DNA from: Fonticula alba ATCC 38817
Taxonomy: Eukaryota; Protista; Nucleariida
Assembly: GCA_000388065.2 (NCBI GenBank)
Contig: KB932201.1
Strand: one strand, 5' to 3'
Length of the DNA stretch: 35,660 nucleotides
Shown here: positions 26,022 through 34,889 of the stretch, one piece after another
Layout: every line of letters starts with the position of its first letter
Numbering within the stretch: the first letter of the stretch is position 1
The notes under the pieces: model-generated
Databases searched by the model: none
The model's input: only the letters and a program-made list of their open reading frames with translations
What the model was told of the DNA's origin: nothing
Program-made: the position numbers and the translations under genes

Positions 26022-28682
26022 TACGTGCGTGCGTGTATGTGTGTACGTGTGCGTGTGCGTCTACATGTGCGTGTGTCTGTGCATGTGCGTGCATGTGCCT
26101 GAGTGAGCGCATGCCCCCTTTCCATTCTCGCTTCCCCTCTCCTGGGACGTCCCCGTGGCCCGGGGTCCCTGCGCATAATCCGATGAGAGATCTGTCGATC
26201 GTGTGTCCCAGTGGCACCGGTATCGGCGTTTGCCAGGAAGAAGTGCCAGCAAGATCGGCGCGAGGGATGATGCAGCCGAATAGCCCCTTGGTGTTCATGT
26301 TAATCAGGGGATGCCAGAGCCACAGGTCACTTGAGTCTCTGAACGGGGCCCCTTCGAACTACCGTCCGTCATCCTCTCTGGCATGGCAACGGGTCATGAT
26401 GCAGGAAAATGAGGGGCCCCGCGCCTATTCCGGCTCCATGAGCCCGGCGACACACATCCGCGGCAACCGATGGAATTCGCCCGGGTGATTATGCATCCCC
26501 TCGATCGTTTCTATTGGCAGCTCCCTGGCGTATGCTTCAGCATGTGCATATGTGTGTCCCTGCACCGACGCTCCTCCTCAAAGGACACATGCAAGCGCAC
26601 GGATACATGCACACGCACACGCACACGCACACGCACACGCACACGCACACGCACACGCACACACGCATATGTATGCTTCGCTTCAGGGTTTACATACCTA
26701 TGTACTCGCGTAGGCTCGCATCTGCTCGTCCGCGCGCGCACGCGCGCACACACTCCACGCACGCATACCAGGTGAGCGTGGTCTTGGCTGTGTGTGGTCC
26801 CCAGACAAGATGATGGGGGGACGCACCTCTCCCTTTCCCATTCTGCGTGCGTGCATGTGTGTGTATATCCGCATGCATGCGCGCAGGTGCGGACTTCTGC
26901 GCCCATATTGGCCGGCCTTCTCTGGAGGGCCCTTGGCCGGCCTCGAGGGAGAGGGCGTATTCCTTGCTTGTGACAGAGAGAGAGATACATGCAGCCATGC
27001 ATGTGGGGGGTGTTCACACACACACACACACTCTCTCTCTCTCACCAGCTGCAAGGCCGCCAGCCACTGTACACACCGGTCGTTGGATGGACTCAGCCCA
27101 GTTGCACAGGTCGACTGCTCGGCGTCCCTTTCGTTCTCCCTCTCCTGGCGTGGGTTGCCCAGCCGGTCGAGAGGGGTGCACATGCATGTCGGCGCACGCT
27201 GATGTCCTCCTCCCTGTCCCGTGTCTTTGGCAGGCGCGCGCCTGCCTCCTCTCCCCCCGTGGGAGGGGGGGTCCCTGAGAGAGAGCATGGGAGACCGTGT
27301 ATCGTATATGCGCGTATGCGTGCATGTACGCATGCATGTGTGTGTCTATGTGCACGTTTGTGTAGGTGTTTGCACGCGTGCATGTATGTTGTGCATATCC
27401 ATGAGGCCACAGTGAAATGGGGCAACGTCGAGGCTGCCCTCCCCCGCCTCGGCTTCTGTCCCTCGCCTGTGATGTTCTTCTGCATGCTATGCACTGCCGT
27501 CTCCCTGCTCTCCCTGCTCTTCTTCTCTCTCCTCCTCATCTCGACGGCTGTGGCTCTGTGTGCTTTGCGTCATCTCTTTCTGGTGTTGGTCCCACGGCGG
27601 CTGGGTGGTCTCCCCCATGTTCACACAGGTGTACTCGCGCATGCGCGCGTGCCTGCAGCATCTCTCCCTCCTCCCTCCCTTCCTCTCCCTTTCCCTCTCC
27701 TTCTAAGTTTGCCCTGTCGTTCTTACCTCCCACTTTGGTGCCGGTCGCGCCTCCCTCCCCCTTCTTTCTCCCTCTCTCTCCTCCCCCCCTCTCTCTCTCT
27801 TTCCTTCCGTCTTCCCCCCTCAGCACCAGCTGCTGCAGAACCAGCAGCTCATGTCCACCCTTGCGGCCACTCTGCAGCAGCAGCAGCAGCAGCGCCCCGA
27901 CGGCCAGGCTCCCCGTGCCTCCTCCATCGTCCTGGTCTCCAACCTCAAGTACACTGTGACTGAGGCGGACCTGCGCGTGCGTCCCTTCTGCTTGCTCCTC
28001 CATCTTTCTCTTTCTCTCTCTCTCTCTCGGGACGAGCAGGAAGAGGAAGGAGGAAAGGACCTCCCCGTCTCTTGTCATACTGCCATGCATCATATTCACC
28101 TCTCGCACTCCGTCATGTCGTCCCCTCAACGGATGAATCCACACGCATCGGCGCACCACACATTCTCAGGATCTCTTCTCCAGCTTCGGCCCGATCAGTC
28201 GCGTCACCATCTTCCACACTGTTGATGGGCGCTCGATCGGCGATGCTCAGGTGAACTTCCGCAACCCGGTGCACGCCGAGCGCGCCGTTAGCGACCTGTC
28301 TCGCGGGATTGTCCTTGATGGTCGCCAGCTCCGTGTGGCCCTGAAGCCCATGCCGGTGGATGCCTCGGCGGCTACTCCCAACCCGGCGGCTCTCCTCTCT
28401 CTGCTCCAGCCGCTGCTGGCCTCGGCCGCCGCTGGTAGCCGTCAGAACAGCGGCCCCCTTGGCGGCCACTCTGCTGCTGGCAAGGCCACTGTCGCTGCCC
28501 GTCGCCCTGGTGCCGGAAATGCCGCGGCCGGCGCCGGCAAGGCTGGCAAGGCCAAGCCCCGGGCCAACGCCCCTGCCTCGACTGCCGGCAAGGCTGGGAA
28601 GGCTGCCCGCCGTGCCGACGAGCCTCGCACCATGACCATCGAGGAGCTGGATGCCCAGCTGGCCGACTACCACAAGGGTTAA
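25300..28682 (+). CDS. ALYREF: mRNA export adaptor ALYREF/THOC4/Yra1 (UBM-RRM-UBM); exons 25300-25344, 25499-25663, 27824-27976, 28170-28682
   Basis: N-terminal box MNKSLDELL, Arg-rich linker, RRM (IVLVSNLKYTVTEADLRDLFSSFGPISRVTIF...GRSIGDAQVNF), C-terminal box TIEELDAQLADY-stop. All three introns are phase 0 GT-AG. Confidence 0.9.
25974..26034 (+). repeat. (GCGT)n microsatellite
   Basis: About 15 tandem GCGT units. Confidence 0.9.
26609..26664 (+). repeat. (GCACAC)n microsatellite
   Basis: About 9 tandem GCACAC units. Confidence 0.9.
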
Positions 28683-28756
28683 AGCCCAGCTTCGTGCATT
28701 ATCAGGGCATAGGCGCCTATGTGCATGTATCCATGCGCTTACGCACGTACGCACGC

Positions 28757-28794
<38 letters not shown>

Positions 28795-29519
28795 AAGCAT
28801 CGATCGGGCTCCTCATCCCCAGGGGACGCTCTTCTCCCATGGCCCCCAGCGTGTGATGATGTGCCCGTTTGTTGGTCTGTGTGTCCCCCTTCTCCTGCTG
28901 CCCCCTCTCCTCCTACACGCAGTGATCCTGTCAGAGGTAGGGGGGAGGGGCGCGGGGGTCGGAGCCAACTACACGTCAGTCTCTTTCGGTTGGCCTCTGC
29001 CGCTGCCACGTTTCGCCCATGAGTGGTGCCCCCCTCTCCTCTCCCCCCTCTCGGGCGCGGCAACGACTGCCTTCCTCCCTGCGCACCCACGACGCCCTCT
29101 TTCCCCCTTTTCCTCTCTCTCCATCTATCGGATCTTTTTTAATACACATCACAAAGTTTGCACACCGATGCCCGTTGAATGTAGTGTCTTGCTCCCACTC
29201 TCCCCCCCCCCCCGCCCGGTGTGGGAGTTGACCGGGTTCCAGCACGCTCGATCATTCGTGGGCAGTTCAAATCCTGGTTTTTGTGCAGCCTCTTTTTCGC
29301 CCTCCTCCCCCAAGATGGCCAGCTAGCCCTCTCCTCCCGAACATCATTGTCTTTTCTCCTCCTCCCTCGTTTCTTGCCCCCCTTCCCCCCCCCCCCCCCC
29401 GCACCTCTCCCTGTATCTCTCTCGGCCTCGCGTGCTGCTGCCCGCCCTCCCGAGCGCAAAATCCCCTTCAAGCCCCTCCACTCCGCATCCCACCTCCCTC
29501 TTCCCCGACCGTGACTGAA

Positions 29520-32500
29520 ATGAGCCTCCTGTCTCGGTCGGTCCTTCGCCGGGCTCCGTGGCCCCTTTGCCGCCAGATGCTGGGCGCGCCCCGGCCGATG
29601 GCATCAATTGCCGAGCTCCAGCCTCGGCCTCCGGGCAATCTGGCGGTCGGGTCTCCTCAAGGGCTTGGGTCTCGTATGGGCCCCAATTCCTACCATGGAC
29701 GTCCTTTCCACCATCGCTCCCAGCCGCTTGGGGCTGCCTTTTACACCACCAGCACCAGTGCCAGCGGTCCTGGCGCCTCTCCGGATGAGAACTCCCGCAC
29801 TTTGTCCCCCTACAATGATGATGGCGATGGCCATGGCGATGGAAGTATGAGTGAGGGTTTTTTTCTTTCCGCCAGCGAGGAGGAGCCCGAAGAGCACATG
29901 GTCGGGCTTTACTCGCATTCACGCTCCGGCTTCGACCTGGATATGGCCCTGGAGTCGGATCTCAATTCGGATTTCGATTTCGAGTCGGAGCTGGACTCGG
30001 ACCTCGAGTCGGACGTCGAGTCGGATCTCGAGTCGGACCGGGGCTCGGATCTTGAATCACGCTCCGACTCCACCCTGTCCATGGGCTCGGGCGGCATTTC
30101 CCGGCCGGAGCCCGGTGCGGGCCCACATCCCAAGGCTCAATCTGCGGCTTTGGACCATCGAAATGGTGCCGGCCATCTCCCTGATGGACGGTCATCATCT
30201 CTGGGCCCGGGCTTCCGGCGGGATGCTCCGCCCCTGACCGAAGCCCCGCGCTTGAGTTTGCCCTGGATCGCATTCCAATGTGTGGAGCTCGCCCGCGACC
30301 CTGAGTATGGCATGTCTCTGGGAGACATTGCCATGGAATTCGACGTCCCGGCTGACAAACTTACGACCCTCTTGGAGCTGCACACGCCCTATGCGGCGCT
30401 CTTCGACGCGACCGCCAGCGAGTCGGTGGTCAAATACCGACAGGTCCTTGAGATGGCGGCCGCCGAGCCCGGCATCACGTTGGCCGACCTGGCGGCCGTG
30501 GCCGACTTGTCCCTGACCCGTGTGGCGAATCTCATTCTGATCCACCTGCCTGGGCATGCCCTCCTCCGGGGGGATCTGCATGGATTGCCGGCTTGGCTGA
30601 CTGCGCGCATCCGCGTGAACAACTGGCTGGCCGACGAGCTGTCCGGGGCCGACCTCTTTGACACGCTGCCGATCGGCCAGCTGTTTGAGAGTGCCGGCCT
30701 GGTCGAGCGCGAGCTGGTCGGGGCCCTGGCGGCCTTGCGTGCGCAGGAGGCCGCCGAGCTTCTTCTTGAGACGCCGGTCGAGGTGCGCGAGCTCATTGTC
30801 CAAACAGCCGAGGAGGCGGTGACCGCCGCCTCGTTCGGGGATGCCACCAATTCCGACCCCCCCTCTATCCTGGCCCTCAGTGTGCAGCACAACCTCCCAG
30901 TTCATGCGGTCCTGGAGCTTCTCCGCGCGGAGGTCCCGGGCTTCTTGATGCTGGATACGGCGGCATCTTCGCGGGCACCGGAGCTGGCCGAGGCCGTGCG
31001 GCGAATCCTTGTGGATCCCCTGCACTCGCGAGCCATGCTGACCACCCTGCTGGGCTGCTCGGCCTTCGATCTGGACCTCCTGCTCCGGCCTGTGGCCCTG
31101 TCCCGGGCCATGTTCAGCCTGATGCCCGGGGTGGTTGATCGGGTTCTGACCACGGTGCAGGCCACGGCCAGGGATGTGATCGCCAGTGCCGACGAGTCAA
31201 CCGGCCTGGTTTCCAGCCCGAAGCTCGACATCGAGCAGCTGGCCTCGCATCATGACATCAGGCCACACGTTCTGTGGCAGATCCTGACTGGCCACTCGGT
31301 GGGCATCCCGATGCCGCTGCCTTGGCTGTCTCTTGGCCCTGAGCAGCGTCAATTGGCGGATTTACTGGAGATGAATCCGGACCTGTCGGTGGAGGCAGCG
31401 GCCGAGAAGATGGGCATTCCCTTCCGCACGGCTTGTAGCATAGCCACCGCGCCGCCGCTCAGCCTGCCGAAGTACTCCCTGCGTCTCGCTACCCGAGAGC
31501 AGCAGGAATTGCTCAGGCTGGCGGGGGAGATCGTCATTCCGACCGAGCTGTCGGCTACCGACAAGGGGGATGTCCCTCCGGTACCCACTCCCCGGGATTT
31601 GGGTCTGCGTGCCGGGCTGGCGGTATCTCGGGTGATGCCGACATTGGAGCGCTTTGGCCCGGGGACCTTGCCGAATTGGCCGGCCCTGGAAAAGGCCCTG
31701 CAATCCAGCCTGCAGGCGGCCCTGATGGAGTTGACCACCAACCAGGAGCGGCTGCCCTTCTGGAAGATTGCCTTCATGCATGGGTGTTCGGTGTCCTACG
31801 CCCGGCAGATGGTCTTGTCATCCTCCCAATGGGGGACACTCAATGCCTGGCACCGGCTCCAGCACATTTACAAGAGGCCGCCCATCCCCGAGGGGCTCAA
31901 GCAGGATGTGGCACGGCTGCTGGAGCAGGAGCCGGATTTGAGCTTGGCCGTCATGGCCAAGCGGCTGGATGCTCCGCTGTCGCTGGTCCGACGCTCTGTG
32001 CGGTCTATCCGCACGCCGCCCATTCCGCCCGAAGTGCTCGGTCGCGTGACGGACCTGCTCCGGGAAAAGCCCCTAAGTCGCCTTGAGGACGTTGTCACGG
32101 AGCTGGACCTGCCGATAGACCTGGCTCGGCGGGCCTTGCGCGAGAGTCGAGCCGCCCTCCGGGCAACCCCCCTGGACAAGAAGCTGGTCAACGAGGTAAT
32201 GGCGCTGCTTCGGGCGGACCCGACAGTCCGAGTGTCCGATGTGGCCAATTCGTTGGATATCCCGCTGTTTGTGGCGCGACGTGTTGTGCTGCACGTGCGG
32301 CGCACAATTCGAGCATCTCCCCTGCCGCCGGAGCTCATCAACCAGACGATGGCCATCCTGCAGGTCGAGCCAACCATCACCCCGGCCCAGGTGGCCTCGC
32401 ACTTGAATACCTCCGAGGACCTGGCCCGGTGGCTGCTGGCTGAGGCGGTGCGCCTGTCCACTCGCCGGCGTTGGATCATCAACCAAGCCCAAGTGGACCG

Positions 32501-34199
32501 GGCGTTGTATTTGGCCCAGAAGGCCAGCCCACCACTGACGTACAGTGAAATTGCCGAGCAAGTGGGCATCTCCGTGCCCCGCGTGCGAACCATCATCCGC
32601 ATTCACCTGCCCGAGCATCGTCCCGCCCGGCGCCGGGGGCTTCTGGATTCCCTGTCCGACAGTCAGGTCAACCAGGTGTTGGCTTTGGCCCGGAAAACCC
32701 AGCCGGTGCTATATCTGACGGAAATTGCCCGGGAGACTGGGATCTCCATCCGGCTTGTGCAGCAGCTACTGCAGAGGGATATGCCGGATCGTGTTCCCCG
32801 GCAGATGGTCCACACGGGCCCGGAGCTGATTCATCAGCTGTCTCAACTTGTCAACAATTCCAGCTCGAACTCCACGGTGCTGGGCCTGTCTCGCGCCACT
32901 GGGGTAGGCCGAACGCGCTTGCGTCAGATCCTGGCCGAGCACTTCCCCGGGCTGTTGCGTTCGCGTCAGGTGTCCCGGAAGAGTGAGGCCCTGGCCCTGG
33001 CGATGGCCCGACGTCCGGATCCCCCGACGTTGCACAGCATTTCGCAGGCCACCGGCATCGGGAAGGTCACCCTGGCTCGACTGCTCGAGCACCATGTGCC
33101 GGAGTATGCGGCTGCTCGAATGGCTCAGAAGCCCCCGCGGCGCATGGCGCCGGAGGTGATTGCCCGGCTTCGGGACATGGCCTACAATACGCACATGCCG
33201 GTGGTGCAGATGGCCGAGGAGCTGAACCTATCGTTGGGCATTGCCCGGGCGGCGTTGCGCGAGCATGCGCCCGACATGCATCAACACCGTCGAAGCATGA
33301 AGAAGTCGATGTTGCAGCCGCTTTTGCAGGCCATGGATGGCGCCCTTCCCCGGGTCGCGGTCATCAAGGAGGCGGCCGCTCGGGTGGGGATATCGCAGCA
33401 GGTGGCCCGGCGGTTGCTGGCGGCCGAGGGGCTGCTCATGTCGGATCGTCTCGCCCCGGGCGGGGACTTGTATGATGCAGTTTTGCGCCTCGTCAACCCG
33501 GGCTTCAAGGAGATGGGTCTTGGCATTACCAAAGAGAAGGCCGATGAGATGAAGTTCATTGCCAAGGAGCTAAATCTCCGAGTGGAGGAAGTCCGGAAGG
33601 TTTTGCATGCGGCCGGCTTGTATCAGGATGACAACGGCGGCAGCGACTTTGACAGCGCCATTGACCCCGACACCACGAGCATCGACAGCACTGGCAGCGC
33701 CACTGTCACCACCTCTGCCACCAGGGGCAGCAGCAGCAGCAGCAGCGGCAGCGGCAGTGGCGGCGGCAGCGGCAGCAGCAGTTTCGGTGACAATACAAGG
33801 GACTCGAAGGTCGTTGAAGGTGCAGCGGCTAATGGGTCTCCCAGTGCTATGCACATTCATGGAGAGATTCTGTCCATGGCACGGGAGATACCCACACCCA
33901 CTGTCCGAGATATGGCCCAGCGTTTGGGCATGTCGCCTGCACGGATGTCGAGTCTTATGCGGGAGATCTTCCCCGACTTCCAGCAATTCCGGGCCCACCA
34001 GCGGGAGATTCGCGAGGCAGTGGCGATTCTCTTCTGCCACTGGCCGCTGTACTCGGCGGAGACCGGCCGACAGGCCTTCGATGAGGCTATTGAGCAGTTG
34101 GCCGTCGACAACAAGACCGACAAGGCCACCGTGCTTTCGGCCCTTCGCCACGATGTGCCATTGTTATACTATTCCTACTTCCCCCCCTCGTCGCCATAG
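29520..34199 (+). CDS. 1559-aa single-exon protein: mitochondrial-type presequence, acidic repeat, about 22 tandem helix-turn-helix-like units
   Basis: Uninterrupted 4.68 kb ORF. Recurrent motif such as LTYSEIAEQVGISVPRVRTII, LYLTEIARETGISIRLVQQLL, MPVVQMAEELNLSLGIARAAL, PTVRDMAQRLGMSPARMSSLM. The ORF is certain; the function is inferred. Confidence 0.85.
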   Translation: MSLLSRSVLRRAPWPLCRQMLGAPRPMASIAELQPRPPGNLAVGSPQGLGSRMGPNSYHGRPFHHRSQPLGAAFYTTSTSASGPGASPDENSRTLSPYNDDGDGHGDGSMSEGFFLSASEEEPEEHMVGLYSHSRSGFDLDMALESDLNSDFDFESELDSDLESDVESDLESDRGSDLESRSDSTLSMGSGGISRPEPGAGPHPKAQSAALDHRNGAGHLPDGRSSSLGPGFRRDAPPLTEAPRLSLPWIAFQCVELARDPEYGMSLGDIAMEFDVPADKLTTLLELHTPYAALFDATASESVVKYRQVLEMAAAEPGITLADLAAVADLSLTRVANLILIHLPGHALLRGDLHGLPAWLTARIRVNNWLADELSGADLFDTLPIGQLFESAGLVERELVGALAALRAQEAAELLLETPVEVRELIVQTAEEAVTAASFGDATNSDPPSILALSVQHNLPVHAVLELLRAEVPGFLMLDTAASSRAPELAEAVRRILVDPLHSRAMLTTLLGCSAFDLDLLLRPVALSRAMFSLMPGVVDRVLTTVQATARDVIASADESTGLVSSPKLDIEQLASHHDIRPHVLWQILTGHSVGIPMPLPWLSLGPEQRQLADLLEMNPDLSVEAAAEKMGIPFRTACSIATAPPLSLPKYSLRLATREQQELLRLAGEIVIPTELSATDKGDVPPVPTPRDLGLRAGLAVSRVMPTLERFGPGTLPNWPALEKALQSSLQAALMELTTNQERLPFWKIAFMHGCSVSYARQMVLSSSQWGTLNAWHRLQHIYKRPPIPEGLKQDVARLLEQEPDLSLAVMAKRLDAPLSLVRRSVRSIRTPPIPPEVLGRVTDLLREKPLSRLEDVVTELDLPIDLARRALRESRAALRATPLDKKLVNEVMALLRADPTVRVSDVANSLDIPLFVARRVVLHVRRTIRASPLPPELINQTMAILQVEPTITPAQVASHLNTSEDLARWLLAEAVRLSTRRRWIINQAQVDRALYLAQKASPPLTYSEIAEQVGISVPRVRTIIRIHLPEHRPARRRGLLDSLSDSQVNQVLALARKTQPVLYLTEIARETGISIRLVQQLLQRDMPDRVPRQMVHTGPELIHQLSQLVNNSSSNSTVLGLSRATGVGRTRLRQILAEHFPGLLRSRQVSRKSEALALAMARRPDPPTLHSISQATGIGKVTLARLLEHHVPEYAAARMAQKPPRRMAPEVIARLRDMAYNTHMPVVQMAEELNLSLGIARAALREHAPDMHQHRRSMKKSMLQPLLQAMDGALPRVAVIKEAAARVGISQQVARRLLAAEGLLMSDRLAPGGDLYDAVLRLVNPGFKEMGLGITKEKADEMKFIAKELNLRVEEVRKVLHAAGLYQDDNGGSDFDSAIDPDTTSIDSTGSATVTTSATRGSSSSSSGSGSGGGSGSSSFGDNTRDSKVVEGAAANGSPSAMHIHGEILSMAREIPTPTVRDMAQRLGMSPARMSSLMREIFPDFQQFRAHQREIREAVAILFCHWPLYSAETGRQAFDEAIEQLAVDNKTDKATVLSALRHDVPLLYYSYFPPSSP
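29952..30058 (+). repeat. in-frame 12-nt tandem repeat (gagtcggayctc-like) encoding an acidic (E/D)SD(L/V/F) tract
   Basis: Encodes ESDLNSDFDFESELDSDLESDVESDLESDRGSDLES. Confidence 0.85.
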
Positions 34200-34590
34200 A
34201 GCAGGAGCTGGGTTTTGGCCGGTTCCATGCTGATTCAAGTGCTTCTTTTGCTTTCTCTCTCTCTCTCTCTCCCTCTCTCTCATTGTCCCCCTTCCCTCCC
34301 CCATGTCGTGTTGGCACATATGTGCATGTGCATGGATGAATATAGATTGTTACATGTTCTTCATGTGGCACACGAGCTCTTGAGGTGGGGGACGATGTTT
34401 TGGATGTATTTTCCTGGCCAGATGTGGTGGGGGCGATATTGGTACGCCACTTTCGCTCACTTCTCTCTCTCTCTCTCTCTCTCGCTTCCTGGCCTGTCCC
34501 GCTCCTCGGGGCAGAGGACGGCACATTGAAAGGCGTGAGCGCATGGGGCCGAGAGGGGAGGAGGGAAAGCCAAGTGGTAGGAGAGCCGGT

Positions 34591-34853
34591 CTACACGGTG
34601 CGGCGGACTTCGAAGAAGCGCTTGAGGAAGACAAACTGAACAACGACCACCAGCAGCAGGATGACCAGCTGAGCGATGGACCAGTACTTGATGCGAGAGT
34701 TGGAGGACTCGGCCGTGCTCCGATGGGTGGCCTCACGAACGCGCAGGTACCGCACCGACTCGCGAATGGCCTTCGAGCCGTGGAGAAGCTCATTCAGCTC
34801 GGCCTCGAGCTGGGGATCACGAGAGACTACGAGGAGGCGCAGGAAGGGTGCGT

Positions 34854-34889
<36 letters not shown>

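Larger units (their letters stand above)
25664..27823 (+). other. unusually large (2160 nt) intron of ALYREF
   Basis: Donor GTATGT after ...RFQN; polypyrimidine tract plus cag acceptor at 27823; flanking exons join in frame. Confidence 0.8.

Noticed and set aside
29265-29273. B-box/T-loop-like GTTCAAATC
   Set aside because: Flanks do not form a T-arm, and there is no A box or cloverleaf, so it is not a tRNA; at most an isolated TFIIIC-like site.
29520-34199. Transposase or mobile-element call for the poly-HTH ORF
   Set aside because: No DDE/RNase H, tyrosine- or serine-recombinase motif, terminal inverted repeats or target-site duplication were seen; only HTH-like units.
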